Assembly: GCA_023392535.1 (NCBI GenBank)
Contig: JAEVYY010000004.1
Location: 2,845-66,844, forward strand
Direction of reading: 5' to 3'
Length of the DNA: 64,000 nt
DNA from: Bacillota bacterium
GTDB lineage: Bacteria > Bacillota > Clostridia > Lachnospirales > Lachnospiraceae
In this document: positions 1 to 10,516 of the stretch, one piece after another
How positions within the stretch are numbered: the stretch's first letter is position 1
How the letters are laid out: the number at the start of each line of letters is the position of its first letter
The notes under the pieces: model-generated
What the model was told of the DNA's origin: nothing
The model's database searches: none
What the model saw: the letters and a program-made list of their open reading frames with translations, nothing else
Program-made: the position numbers and the translations under genes

Positions 1-147
1 TTGCGCTACTTTATAACGGTTGATTTCGTCAGGCGGTTCACCAAATGGCTGTAAGATTGCAAATACAGCAATCACACCGAAAACAAAAAGATATAAAATG
101 CATTCTAAGAATACTTCGGTCTTTCTTGAATACGGAAACGATTTCAT
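1..147 (-). CDS. hypothetical membrane protein, N-terminal part only (gene runs off the window start)
   Basis: Reverse-strand ATG at 147-145, preceded by AGGAG (complement of 155-159). Translation MKSFPYSRKTEVFLECILYLFVFGVIAVFAILQPFGEPPDEINRYKVAQ contains a hydrophobic TM-like segment and stays open to position 1. Absent from the ORF track because it is truncated. Confidence 0.45.
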   Translation of the reverse strand, partial: MKSFPYSRKTEVFLECILYLFVFGVIAVFAILQPFGEPPDEINRYKVAQ

Positions 148-420
148 GTAGAAACTCCTATCTTCATGTACGACAACTAGCGACATCTACAAGCATTAAT
201 ACGGTAATTTTTTTTATTTTAACATAATCATCCACTAAAAGCCAGTTTTGAATCTGATTCTCCTATGTTCGGTAATAAATTGACGAGATAAAATCCCAAC
301 TGACTAAGGAATTAATATATTGCATAATGGTAGTATTTCATGTAAAATTATAGTGTATTTGATAAGTTTTGAGGGATGTAATTACGAATAAATATTGCGA
401 AAATTTGTGGAGGCTTATTA

Positions 421-3090
421 GTGCAGACAATAATGCAAGATTCTTTTGGTAATAGTAAGACAATCTGTGCACAGGTCATTGATAAAAAAAACATCCAGAG
501 ACTACAAGAGTATTTTAGTGAAGTTTCCAATATGTTTGTTATTTGTACGGATGAATCTGGCCAATGGATCACGGATATGTCCGGTGATCCAGAAAGTGTT
601 AAGAAAATAAAAGCACTTGTATCAATGGAACGATTGCATTCCATCTATTTGAGAATAGCAAACAGTTCTTTAGAAGAACAAGTTGTTGAAGATACCATAT
701 ATCCCAATTTGAAATTAGCTGCGATAGCAATAAAAATTGAACATAAGCCGATTGTTAATTGGCTTATTTGTGCGCTGTTAGATGACTGTGACAATGGTGG
801 TTATGATCACGAGCCAATTCGTGATATTAAGATCACAACTACAAGTAAAAAATTCTATAAGTCATTAGACTTATTGAGAACATATACATTTCAGATGCTG
901 GATGCAAAATTCCGCTTGGCGAGCGCAGATGCTGAAAACAGGAGAAGTAAATTGTCTCAAAAGGAGATGGCGAATTCTCTGAAGCGAACAGAAGCGATCA
1001 CGACTATTGTACAATTGCTTGAAAGCGATGAACCAATCGAAGCGATTATGCAGGAAATTTTAAAGACAGCAGGCAGTTTTCTTGGAATTAGTAGTGCACA
1101 GATATTTCGTTTGAACAAAGATGAGAAAACAATGGATGTAATGGCGGAATGGTGCAATCATGGAATTGTTTCGATCTTTGATCAAGTAAGAAATATTGAA
1201 CGTTTAGAATTATTAAAATATCAAAAAGCAATAACCATTTCCACTGGGACCAAAGTTACTCCTTTAGAAAAAGAAGCTTTGGAAAAGGCACATATTAAAG
1301 CACTTATGCTCATACCTATCTATATTAACAATAACCTTAGCATGTATGCATGTTTTAATGAATGTGCGGTGGAACGTACCTGGACCGTTGAGGAAATCAA
1401 GTTTACCAATAATGCTACCAAAATATTGCAGAGCATATTAGTAAGAAGAATACAGAAAAATTCACTCGCCAGTTCTTACGCATCTTTAGAAGCGATTTTG
1501 GATAATGTTGGAAGTGCGATTTATGTGAAGGATATCCATACTAATAAGGTACTTTTTGTAAATAAGAAGTTTAAAAGTAATTTTGATCAAGAGTATAAAG
1601 ATGGTACTCTGGATACTCTGTTTGAGTATGGCCAGCCGATCGGTAACAGAGGCGGTACCTTTGAAATTAATCACATTGTCAAAAATCGCTGGTATGATCT
1701 GCATTATACCTATATTAACTGGGTTGATGGAAGACAGGTAGTATTATGTTCCGTATATGATATTACCGATAAAAAAGTATATCAAAGAAAAATAGAGCAG
1801 CAGGCTTATACTGACTTTTTGACAGGATTATATAATCGAATGTGCTGCGAGCGCGATTTGGCATGGCATATTGACAATGTAAAAGCAAACAATATGAAAG
1901 GAGCATTGTTGTACTTAGATCTGGATGATTTCAAACATATCAATGATGGTTTGGGACATCAGTATGGCGATGCGTTGCTAAAATCTATTTCACATAGCCT
2001 ACAGCAGATAGAGGGAATTCGGACGACCTGCTATCGCATGGGTGGGGATGAATTTGTTATAATTATACCGCCGAGCAGTTTTCCCAGATTCAATTTGATC
2101 CTGGAGGAAATAAAGGATATCTTTAATAAGCCTTGGTTCTTGAAAGATGCCGATTATTATTGTACGATGAGTATGGGAATTGTTAATTTTCCAGAAGATG
2201 GGGATAGTGTTCATAATCTGATAAAAAAGGCAGATATTGCCATGTATGAGGCAAAAAAGCGAGGCAAGAACAGAGTAGCATTCTATTCTGATAATATCAG
2301 TTCTGCATCTAATAAAAGGCTGGATATGGAAAAGAATATGCGGGATGCAACGGTGGATGGGTATAAAGAATTTGAAGTATATTATCAACCAATTATAGAT
2401 ATACAAAAGGAAGGTCTTCCGTGCACCGGCGCAGAAGCATTGATTCGATGGAACAGTGCAGAACTTGGTTTTATTCCTCCTTCCGATTTTATACCTTTGG
2501 CAGAATATTTAGGACTCATAAATCCAATCGGGAATTACGTATTGAAACAAGCTTGTTTGGCTTGTAAGGAATGGAATGATAATGGATATCCGAATTATAA
2601 AGTCAATGTAAATCTATCCGTAGTACAATTGTTACAACCGGATATTGTTGAGATCGTACAAAATACGATTCAGGAAACGGGTATTTTACCAAAGAACCTT
2701 ACCTTAGAAGTAACAGAAAGTCTTGCGATTAATGATATGGTGAGGATGAAGGAAATTCTAGGGAATATTAAAAAATTGGGTGTCAGAATTGCGCTGGATG
2801 ATTTTGGAACGGGATATTCTTCTTTGAATCATATTCGAGAGATTCCGTTGGATGTTATTAAGGTGGACCAAAGTTTTGTAATAGGAATTGCTGAGGATAC
2901 CTATTCACAATCGTTTATTAAAATGATATCAGAGTTAGCAGGTAGTATTGGTGTCAGTATCTGTGTGGAAGGAATTGAAACAAAAGATCAATACAAAGTA
3001 TTAGAAGGTATGCAGGTTCGGCTCATACAGGGATATTATTTCGACAGACCCATGAAACGTGAAGATTTTGAAAAAAAATATGTGACATAA
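421..3090 (+). CDS. multidomain c-di-GMP turnover protein (N-terminal unknown region, GAF/PAS-like sensor region, GGDEF diguanylate cyclase, EAL phosphodiesterase)
   Basis: 889-aa ORF with a GTG start 9 nt after GGAGG. GGDEF motif is intact (YRMGGDEFVIII). EAL-domain motifs are intact (EALIRW, EVTES, DDFGTGYSSL, KVDQSF, EGIETKDQ). Confidence 0.85.
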   Translation: MQTIMQDSFGNSKTICAQVIDKKNIQRLQEYFSEVSNMFVICTDESGQWITDMSGDPESVKKIKALVSMERLHSIYLRIANSSLEEQVVEDTIYPNLKLAAIAIKIEHKPIVNWLICALLDDCDNGGYDHEPIRDIKITTTSKKFYKSLDLLRTYTFQMLDAKFRLASADAENRRSKLSQKEMANSLKRTEAITTIVQLLESDEPIEAIMQEILKTAGSFLGISSAQIFRLNKDEKTMDVMAEWCNHGIVSIFDQVRNIERLELLKYQKAITISTGTKVTPLEKEALEKAHIKALMLIPIYINNNLSMYACFNECAVERTWTVEEIKFTNNATKILQSILVRRIQKNSLASSYASLEAILDNVGSAIYVKDIHTNKVLFVNKKFKSNFDQEYKDGTLDTLFEYGQPIGNRGGTFEINHIVKNRWYDLHYTYINWVDGRQVVLCSVYDITDKKVYQRKIEQQAYTDFLTGLYNRMCCERDLAWHIDNVKANNMKGALLYLDLDDFKHINDGLGHQYGDALLKSISHSLQQIEGIRTTCYRMGGDEFVIIIPPSSFPRFNLILEEIKDIFNKPWFLKDADYYCTMSMGIVNFPEDGDSVHNLIKKADIAMYEAKKRGKNRVAFYSDNISSASNKRLDMEKNMRDATVDGYKEFEVYYQPIIDIQKEGLPCTGAEALIRWNSAELGFIPPSDFIPLAEYLGLINPIGNYVLKQACLACKEWNDNGYPNYKVNVNLSVVQLLQPDIVEIVQNTIQETGILPKNLTLEVTESLAINDMVRMKEILGNIKKLGVRIALDDFGTGYSSLNHIREIPLDVIKVDQSFVIGIAEDTYSQSFIKMISELAGSIGVSICVEGIETKDQYKVLEGMQVRLIQGYYFDRPMKREDFEKKYVT

Positions 3091-3112
3091 TAATGGAATA
3101 GGAATCGTCGCT

Positions 3113-4612
3113 ATGCTATTGAAAAAGTTAGAGAGCTATCACAAAATAACCATACAATGTCATGATAATCCGGATGCAGATTCTATTGCATCCGGGTTTG
3201 GACTATATATGTATTTTAAAAGCCGGCAGAAAGATGTCAGTTTAATTTATAGTGGTCATTTTCAGATTCAAAAACCAAATTTGCGACTTATGATTGAAAA
3301 TTTACAAATTCCGATAGCCTACAAAGATCCTTCTGCAAAGAGGATAGAAGGGCTTTTGATTACGGTAGACTGCCAATATGGTGCCGGAAATGTGACTAAG
3401 TTTTATGCAGAAGATGTTGCGGTCTTTGATCATCATCAAAGGGAAATAACAAATATAGCTAATGCAATCATAAATCCAAATTTAGGTAGCTGCTCCACTT
3501 TAATATGGTCAATATTAAAGCAACATGAATTTGAGGTGAACGAGCATATAGAGTTAGCAACAGCACTCTATTATGGCTTGTATTCAGATACGAATCAACT
3601 TTCAGAGATATACAACCCTCTGGATAGGGATATGCAGGAAGAATTAATAATTAATAAATCACTCATCACTTTATTTCGGAATTCAAATCTGACCTTAGCG
3701 GAATTGGGCATAGCTGGCGTTGCACTGCTCAGATGCATCTACAATGACAAATATATGTATGCGATAGTAAAAGCACAGCCATGTGATCCTAATATATTAG
3801 GCTTGATTAGTGATTTTTTGATACAGGTGGATGAAATACACGTATGCGTTGTGTATAATACATTACCTGACGGATATAAATTATCTGTTCGGAGCTGTGT
3901 CAAAGAAGTGAAGGCAAGCGAGTTGGCGGAGTATTTAACGAAAGATATTGGTTCGGGCGGTGGACATTTTGAGAAGGCTGGTGGGGTCATAAGTAATAAA
4001 TTGTATGAAAATAAATATTCCGCGCTTAACAGTGAAGCATATTTCAATGAAAGAATGAATGATTATTTTGAATGTTACGAGATTATTAATGCAATAGATG
4101 ATGAATTTAATTTTGATGAATGTATCAGATACCGAAAAAGAAACATTGCATTCGGTTATGTGGAAGCGAATAAAATATTAAATGGTGGAACATTGGTCAC
4201 CATTCGGACACAGAAAGAAGATTTTGATGTTGTTGTACGAAGAGATGATTATTTCTTAATTGGATTAGGTGGAGAAGTTTCTCTTATAAAAAAAGTGAAC
4301 TTTGATCTGCTATATATGCAGACAGAAAACGTGTTTCAAGCGAAAACAGATTATCAGCCGACCATTAAAGATAGAATTACAGGAGAATCGATAGAACTCA
4401 TGCGATTTGCAAAGATCTGTGTTCCAATTAGGGAATCTTATATCATTGCCAGACCATTAAAAAAAGCAGTTAAAATATTCACGAAACGAAATGGTCAGAC
4501 ATATGTGTCGGGCCGTTTGGGAGACTATCTGGCAGTAAATGAGGAGGATATGAGTAACATATATGTCATAAAACAAAGTGATTTCGATAAACTCTACGAA
4601 TTTGTTGGCTAG
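3113..4612 (+). CDS. DHH/DHHA1-family phosphoesterase (NrnA-like) with an extra, unassigned C-terminal domain of about 170 aa
   Basis: Motifs HDNPDADS, VDC, FDHHQ, YSDT and DHHA1 GSGGGH are present. Starts only 22 nt after the GGDEF-EAL stop. Residues from about 330 to 499 carry no motif I recognise. Confidence 0.75.
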   Translation: MLLKKLESYHKITIQCHDNPDADSIASGFGLYMYFKSRQKDVSLIYSGHFQIQKPNLRLMIENLQIPIAYKDPSAKRIEGLLITVDCQYGAGNVTKFYAEDVAVFDHHQREITNIANAIINPNLGSCSTLIWSILKQHEFEVNEHIELATALYYGLYSDTNQLSEIYNPLDRDMQEELIINKSLITLFRNSNLTLAELGIAGVALLRCIYNDKYMYAIVKAQPCDPNILGLISDFLIQVDEIHVCVVYNTLPDGYKLSVRSCVKEVKASELAEYLTKDIGSGGGHFEKAGGVISNKLYENKYSALNSEAYFNERMNDYFECYEIINAIDDEFNFDECIRYRKRNIAFGYVEANKILNGGTLVTIRTQKEDFDVVVRRDDYFLIGLGGEVSLIKKVNFDLLYMQTENVFQAKTDYQPTIKDRITGESIELMRFAKICVPIRESYIIARPLKKAVKIFTKRNGQTYVSGRLGDYLAVNEEDMSNIYVIKQSDFDKLYEFVG

Positions 4613-4613
4613 G

Positions 4614-5258
4614 TCATAACAAAGATTTGAAATAAAGGAATACGAGTGATCCATCTACAGTATCTAAACGGCTGAATTGAAATGCCATACGTTCCGGATG
4701 CCATTGTACGCCAATGATAGGTAAGCTAGTATGGTAGAGAGCCTCTAATACGCCATCAAAGGCATATTGTGAAGGTAATAGATGATGACCCAGTACGCCG
4801 CAACCCTGATGGTGTGCACTGTTTGTAAAAATATGGTTTCCATATAAATGGTGAATAAAGGTATGTTCCACGGAATGAGTAACATGAATCCTATCGGTAT
4901 CGTGATAAGCATGTGTTTTTGCAGTCTTTAAATCTTGTATGATGTTACCGCCGAAATATATATTAATAAGCTGTATCCCTTTACAGATACCAAGAATTCC
5001 TTTTTTGGCAGTCACAAAGGCATCTAAAATACGAAATTGTTTTTCGTCCAGGGAAGAATCAATATTTTTAGAGCCTAGATTGGGTTGATGAAAATAAATA
5101 GGATCAATATCTCCGCCTCCTGGAAGTAGGAGGCCGTCAAAGCTATTGATATCATTAATCGAAAGTGCAATTTCATATTCCATGCCGGTAGAAAGGAGAG
5201 CAGCCTGGTAATTATGGGTCAAATCCGGATGACCTGCAATCAAGATTCGTTTTTTCAT
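4614..5258 (-). CDS. class I glutamine amidotransferase-like / peptidase C26 (gamma-glutamyl-gamma-aminobutyrate hydrolase family)
   Basis: Motifs GGGDIDP, nucleophile elbow GICKGIQLIN and QWHPE. The start is uncertain; the ORF track extends to a TTG at 5291, and I prefer MKKRILIAG, which is typical for the family. Confidence 0.7.
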   Translation of the reverse strand: MKKRILIAGHPDLTHNYQAALLSTGMEYEIALSINDINSFDGLLLPGGGDIDPIYFHQPNLGSKNIDSSLDEKQFRILDAFVTAKKGILGICKGIQLINIYFGGNIIQDLKTAKTHAYHDTDRIHVTHSVEHTFIHHLYGNHIFTNSAHHQGCGVLGHHLLPSQYAFDGVLEALYHTSLPIIGVQWHPERMAFQFSRLDTVDGSLVFLYFKSLL

Positions 5259-5332
5259 TTCTGACATTATTCGAAAGGCCTTTTTATACAAAGATTACTA
5301 TATTATATTTAAAAATAGAAAATAAATACCAG

Positions 5333-5374
5333 AAACAAAAATAGCAGCAAATGGATGTTCCATTTGCTGCTATT
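5333..5374 (-). terminator. rho-independent terminator downstream of the DUF975 gene
   Basis: Perfect 14-bp stem (atagcagcaaatgg / ccatttgctgctat) with a 5-nt loop. It is followed on the minus strand by TTTTGTTT. Confidence 0.7.
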
Positions 5375-5389
5375 TTACCACATTCTTCG

Positions 5390-6133
5390 TTACATAGTTG
5401 TATCTGAAGGGTTTCCAAATGAATTAGGGACTTCCTGATAATTTTGCTGCGTAGTTATGTATTTCAGATTGTCATAATATACGGCGATCGTTAATTCTAA
5501 ATATGGCGTTACATAGAGGAAAGCAAGACCACAAGTAATGCCACCCAATAAATACCAAAGTATGAAGGATATCTGAAGTACGAATAATTCCCATTTATGA
5601 CCAATCATCATTTCTTTACTTTCGGATATACATTGTAAAACACCTTTATTTGGATCATCAATAAAAATGTAAACAGCCATTGAATAACGATAGGCAGCTA
5701 TGATTCCGGGGATGATAAATAAAAAGGACCATAACATCGTAAAGAGACCTATCATAAAATAGAGGCAGAAAACTTTAAGAAAAGATTTCATATAAGAAAA
5801 CAAAGTTTCTAATCCTGCGTCTTCATGGCGGATTGTTTTCAAAGAATAAGAAGAAAATCCGGCAGTCAGAGCATAGGTTATGAAGGAAGAAACAATACTC
5901 ATCGCAAATGTAAGAAGAGCCAAACTGAAAGTTGCTCCTAGTGCAAATATGGTAGAATCGGCCATGCTGGAACCAACGCCTAGAATGGTTGCAAAAATAT
6001 TATTGACTATGCTGATGATTCCTGAAATTGCCATAGTTATAACTAAATATACTAATGCAACTAACACAGGATGTGTCGTCGCTGTGGACATAGAGTCTTT
6101 TGCCCGCTGTTTTAATTCTGCTCTTGTTAACAT
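5390..6133 (-). CDS. DUF975-family integral membrane protein
   Basis: Family-typical N-terminus MLTRAELKQRAKDS, followed by several hydrophobic helices. 247 aa. Confidence 0.6.
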   Translation of the reverse strand: MLTRAELKQRAKDSMSTATTHPVLVALVYLVITMAISGIISIVNNIFATILGVGSSMADSTIFALGATFSLALLTFAMSIVSSFITYALTAGFSSYSLKTIRHEDAGLETLFSYMKSFLKVFCLYFMIGLFTMLWSFLFIIPGIIAAYRYSMAVYIFIDDPNKGVLQCISESKEMMIGHKWELFVLQISFILWYLLGGITCGLAFLYVTPYLELTIAVYYDNLKYITTQQNYQEVPNSFGNPSDTTM

Positions 6134-6433
6134 TATAAATTCTCCTTTTAATCCCTATATAAATTTTATAAGATACAGCAGTATATTCCAGTATACACAA
6201 TTACTAGAACCTACCATAATAATTTTAGTATAACATATTTTTTATGCAAAAAAAAGAATTAAAATTGTAATAAGAAAGTTGTTAGGAAGAAATACTTTAT
6301 TAATTAAAAAATCTATGCTATCATTATTTATTATCATTCCTTATCAATGCGTTTCTAAGCGATATTTACGAAAGATAAGGAGCAGGACAACTGAGGAGGT
6401 GAAGCTCGCTGTTTTTTTCAGGGAGTGCACATT

Positions 6434-8140
6434 ATGAGCAATAGTGAAAATAGGGAACGAAATGAGACGATCGAAACAGAAGTAGTTTCTAAAAATTTTA
6501 TTGAACAAGCAATTGAAAAAGATCTGGCGGAAGGAATTTACGATACCGTCCATACAAGATTTCCACCGGAACCAAATGGCTATCTTCATATCGGACATGC
6601 CAAATCCATTCTTTTGAATTATGGACTAGCACAGAAATATCATGGTAAATTCAACATGAGATTTGATGATACCAATCCAACAAAAGAAAAGATAGAATTT
6701 GTAGAGTCTATACAGCAGGATATCTGTTGGTTGGGTGCCGATTGGGAAAATAGATTATTTTTTGCATCCAATTATTTTCAACAGATGTATGAAAGTGCGA
6801 TAAAATTAATTTATAAGGGAAAAGCTTATGTGTCTGATCTTACGGCAGACGAGATGAGAGAATACAGAGGGACTTTAACAGAACCTGGTAAAGAGGATCC
6901 AAGCAGGAACAGGAGTGTGGAAGAAAATCTAACTTTGTTTGAGCGGATGAAGAACGGTGAATACCAGGATGGGGAAAAGGTGCTTCGCGCGAAGATTGAT
7001 ATGGCATCGCCTAATATGAATATGAGGGATCCGATCATCTATCGTGTTGCTCACATGACACACCATAATACGGGTGATAAATGGTGTATCTATCCGATGT
7101 ATGATTACGCACATCCAATTGAGGATGCGATTGAAGGAATTACCCATTCTATCTGTACTTTGGAATTTGAGGATCATAGACCATTATATGACTGGGTGGT
7201 TCGTGAATTGGAATATACAAACCCTCCAAGACAGATTGAGTTTGCTAAAATGTATTTGACCAATGTGGTGACTGGTAAGAGATATATTAAGAGGCTTGTG
7301 GAAGATGGGATTGTAGATGGATGGGATGATCCAAGGCTTGTATCTATTGCCGCCCTCAGAAGAAGGGGATTTACACCAGAATCCATAAAGATGTTCGTAG
7401 AATTGTGTGGTGTATCAAAAAGTAATTCTTCCGTAGACTATGCTATGCTTGAGTATTGTATCAGGGAAGATTTGAAGCTTAAAAAAGCAAGAGTAATGGC
7501 GGTGTTGGATCCAGTTAAATTGGTCATCACGAATTATCCGGAAGGTCAGGTAGAATATCTGGATGTGCCGAATAATATGGAAAATGAAGCACTTGGTATG
7601 AGAAAAGTAGCTTTTGAAAGAGAACTTTATATAGATAGAGAAGATTTTATGGAAGTGCCACCTAAGAAATATTTTCGTTTATTTCCAGGAAATGAAGTTC
7701 GCCTGATGCATGCTTATTTTGTAAAATGTGAAAATTTTGTAAAAGATGAATTCGGAAATATAAAAGAAATTCATTGTACGTATGATCCAAAGACTAAATG
7801 CGGAACAGGATTTGCCGAAAGGAAAGTAAAAGGGACGATTCATTGGGTACCGGCTCATCATGCAATAAAAGCGGAAGTTCGTTTGTATGAAAATATTATT
7901 GATGAAGAAAAAGGGGTCTATAATGAAGATGGATCTTTAAATTTAAACCCGAATTCCTTAGTGACGTTAAAGAATTGTTACGTGGAGCCTGTCTTTTCCC
8001 AGGGTAAGGCGTTTGACAGTTTTCAGTTCGTGAGACAGGGATATTTTTGCATTGATTGTAAAGACTCTGAGAAAGATGCATTAGTGTTCAACAGAATTGT
8101 GTCTTTAAAGAGTTCTTATATACTTCCGAAAATAAATTAA
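6434..8140 (+). CDS. glnS: glutamine--tRNA ligase
   Basis: Class I HIGH motif ([14 protein letters not shown]), plus [16 protein letters not shown] and HSICTLEF blocks and a length typical of GlnRS. ATG at 6434 lies 8 nt after AGGGAG; the ORF track starts at a GTG at 6425. Confidence 0.9.
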   Translation: MSNSENRERNETIETEVVSKNFIEQAIEKDLAEGIYDTVHTRFPPEPNGYLHIGHAKSILLNYGLAQKYHGKFNMRFDDTNPTKEKIEFVESIQQDICWLGADWENRLFFASNYFQQMYESAIKLIYKGKAYVSDLTADEMREYRGTLTEPGKEDPSRNRSVEENLTLFERMKNGEYQDGEKVLRAKIDMASPNMNMRDPIIYRVAHMTHHNTGDKWCIYPMYDYAHPIEDAIEGITHSICTLEFEDHRPLYDWVVRELEYTNPPRQIEFAKMYLTNVVTGKRYIKRLVEDGIVDGWDDPRLVSIAALRRRGFTPESIKMFVELCGVSKSNSSVDYAMLEYCIREDLKLKKARVMAVLDPVKLVITNYPEGQVEYLDVPNNMENEALGMRKVAFERELYIDREDFMEVPPKKYFRLFPGNEVRLMHAYFVKCENFVKDEFGNIKEIHCTYDPKTKCGTGFAERKVKGTIHWVPAHHAIKAEVRLYENIIDEEKGVYNEDGSLNLNPNSLVTLKNCYVEPVFSQGKAFDSFQFVRQGYFCIDCKDSEKDALVFNRIVSLKSSYILPKIN

Positions 8141-8199
8141 GGAATTTTATGGGTTAACTTACTAAAAATTGGAATGAAAAATTTGGAGGTTATTCAGAA

Positions 8200-9060
8200 G
8201 TGGCAGGTTTATTAGATGGTTTAGGGCAGTTTGGGTTAGAAAATTTAGAAAGTGCCAGTTTATATGAAAGTCCGGAAGAAAGTGCTCCGGTTGAAAAGTT
8301 AACGCCAGAACAAAAACAGTTACAAAAAGAACAAGATTTTATATTTGATAAGAGTTACTCATGTCCCGTATGTGATCATGAGTTTAAAGTTAAGACCGTA
8401 AAAATTGGCAAGGCAAAGCTGGTAGGAACAGACTTAGACTTGCGTCCTAAGTATGAAGGCATCGATATGCTAAAGTATGATATTGTATTATGCCCTCATT
8501 GCGGTTATGCGGCTTTAAGCAGATATTTTAAGATGCTTTCTCCTTTTCAGGCAAAGAGAATCCGTGAGATCATTTCAAAGTCTTTTAAAGAGCAGAAAGA
8601 GACGAATGAAGTATATTCTTATGAGGAAGCATTGGAAAGATATAAACTTGCGCTTGCAAATACAATTGTTAAGCAAGGAAAGGCAAGTGAAAAAGCATAT
8701 ATTTGTTTAAAAGCAGCGTGGCTCTTACGTGGTAGGAATGAAACGTTCGATTCGAATGATGCCGATTATGAAAAGAAGAAGGCAGAGGGTGAAGCAGAAG
8801 AAAATGAATTTATGCGTAATGCGTTAGAAGGTTTCTTGGCTGCCAGACAGAGTGAGACTTACCCTATGTGCGGTATGGATGAAACAACAGTCGATTATTT
8901 AATTGCGGTCATTGCAATGAATTTTGAGCAATATGATATAGCGACTAAATTAATAACAGGTATACTGGTAGCAAATGGAACGAATCCAAGAATGAAGGAT
9001 AAGGCCAGAGACTTAAGGGATATTTTAATGTCAGCAATTAAAGAACATAAAAAAGTATGA
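8200..9060 (+). CDS. DUF2225-family zinc-ribbon protein
   Basis: CPVC...(37 aa)...CPHCGYAA zinc-ribbon pair followed by a helical C-terminal half, which is the pattern typical of clostridial DUF2225 proteins. GTG start after GGAGG. Confidence 0.6.
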   Translation: MAGLLDGLGQFGLENLESASLYESPEESAPVEKLTPEQKQLQKEQDFIFDKSYSCPVCDHEFKVKTVKIGKAKLVGTDLDLRPKYEGIDMLKYDIVLCPHCGYAALSRYFKMLSPFQAKRIREIISKSFKEQKETNEVYSYEEALERYKLALANTIVKQGKASEKAYICLKAAWLLRGRNETFDSNDADYEKKKAEGEAEENEFMRNALEGFLAARQSETYPMCGMDETTVDYLIAVIAMNFEQYDIATKLITGILVANGTNPRMKDKARDLRDILMSAIKEHKKV

Positions 9061-10478
9061 ATGAATTGACTTTACAATTGGATGTAACTTGTGGAATACA
9101 TCTATATGAACAGATATATGCATACATAAAAAATGAAATTAAAAGAGGGAAGCTTTTGCAAGGAGAAAAGCTTCCCTCAACGCGCGCACTGGCAGACCAT
9201 TTACAAGTATCGAGAAGCACGGTGGATCTTGCGTATGAGCAGTTATCTTCAGAAGGGTATGTGGAAGCCAAGCCTTGTAGCGGATATTATATCTGTAAGA
9301 TAGATAATCTGTACGACCTGCCAGAGGAAACTGCATGTAAGAAAAAAACAAATAATCCTCAAAAAACAATTTATAAAATAGATTTTGCTATGAATGGAAT
9401 TGATATGGAGTCTTTTCCGATTGCTACGTGGAAAAGAGTTTACAAAAATGTATTAAGCAATCAAACAGATGAGCTGTTTCACCTGGGTTCGGCAAAGGGT
9501 GAATTATCTTTAAGGAGAACAATTTGCAGATATCTGTATTCTTCCAGAGGGGTTAACTGTTCTCCGGATCAAGTGATTATTGGAGCTGGAAATGATTATC
9601 TGCTCATTCTACTGGAAAAGATTCTAGGACAAAATAGAATAATAGCAATGGAAGATCCTTCTTATAAAAGAGCTTACCTCGCCTTTGAGTCATGTCATTA
9701 TAAAATTTGTACGATCCCAATGGATAGTAATGGCATACGAGCGGACTTGTTGAGAGACAGTGATGCGAGTATCGCATATGTTATGCCATCCCACCAGTAT
9801 CCAATGGGAGTGGTCATGCCGATTGGCAGGCGAATGGAACTTTTGCATTGGGCTATGGAAGAGAAAGACAGATATATTATTGAAGATGATTATGATAGTG
9901 AATTTCGTTATAAAGGCAAACCGATTCCGTCTTTGCAGGCTTCTGATAAAAATGGTAAAGTCATTTATATTGGGACCTTTTCAAAGTCAATTGCACCAGC
10001 AATTCGTGTCAGTTATATGGTATTGCCGAAGATGTTAATGAATTCATATGAGAGACATGCGTCATTTTTCGCATCGACAGTTTCCAGAACTGATCAGGCG
10101 GTTTTGAATGAATTTATTAAAGAAGGTTTTTACGAGAGACATTTAAATAAAATGAGGAAAAGATATAAGACAAAACATGATTTACTTTTAAATGAATTAA
10201 GATCATTGGAAGATAAATTTTGGATTTCAGGCGATAATGCTGGTCTCCATATACTGCTTCATGCAAAAGATCAAACAAGCGAAAAAGATTTAGTACGTAT
10301 GGCAAAAGAACAACATGTGAGAGTTTATGGTCTGACAGAAACATTTATTAGAAGAAAACAGCCAGAAGCAAAGGCGATAATTTTACTGGGATATGGAGCT
10401 TTGTCAGAAAGAGAAATAGTGAATGGAGTCGATATTCTGCGAAGGACATGGGGGAATATTCCTGATCTTGTTGAGTAG
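9057..10478 (+). CDS. MocR/PdxR-type regulator (GntR wHTH fused to a PLP-dependent aminotransferase-like domain)
   Basis: N-terminal GntR-like HTH (LPSTRALADHLQVSRSTV) and a C-terminal fold-type I aminotransferase domain with a PLP-lysine context (TFSKSIAPAIRVSY). The start overlaps the upstream stop (ATGA). Confidence 0.8.
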   Translation: MNELTLQLDVTCGIHLYEQIYAYIKNEIKRGKLLQGEKLPSTRALADHLQVSRSTVDLAYEQLSSEGYVEAKPCSGYYICKIDNLYDLPEETACKKKTNNPQKTIYKIDFAMNGIDMESFPIATWKRVYKNVLSNQTDELFHLGSAKGELSLRRTICRYLYSSRGVNCSPDQVIIGAGNDYLLILLEKILGQNRIIAMEDPSYKRAYLAFESCHYKICTIPMDSNGIRADLLRDSDASIAYVMPSHQYPMGVVMPIGRRMELLHWAMEEKDRYIIEDDYDSEFRYKGKPIPSLQASDKNGKVIYIGTFSKSIAPAIRVSYMVLPKMLMNSYERHASFFASTVSRTDQAVLNEFIKEGFYERHLNKMRKRYKTKHDLLLNELRSLEDKFWISGDNAGLHILLHAKDQTSEKDLVRMAKEQHVRVYGLTETFIRRKQPEAKAIILLGYGALSEREIVNGVDILRRTWGNIPDLVE

Positions 10479-10490
10479 AAATATTTAAAA

Positions 10491-10516
10491 GCGTAGTCCT
10501 TGGATTACGCTTTTAT
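10491..10516 (+). terminator. rho-independent terminator after the MocR-type gene
   Basis: gcgtagtcc-tt-ggattacgc stem (one G-U pair) followed by TTTTATT. Confidence 0.6.

Noticed and set aside
45-227. 60-aa plus-strand ORF at the window start
   Set aside because: It overlaps the better-supported minus-strand truncated membrane-protein gene (RBS + ATG at 147). It has no RBS and no recognisable motif.
6240-6433. Possible T-box leader upstream of glnS
   Set aside because: No T-box core (AAnnnGGGTGGTACCGCG-like) or specifier-loop architecture is visible. There is only a short T-run after gaagctcgctg, with no convincing stem.
6434-8140. GlnRS in a Firmicute as a possible horizontal-transfer oddity
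   Set aside because: Many Clostridia carry a genuine glnS. Composition and context look native, so this is not considered unusual.
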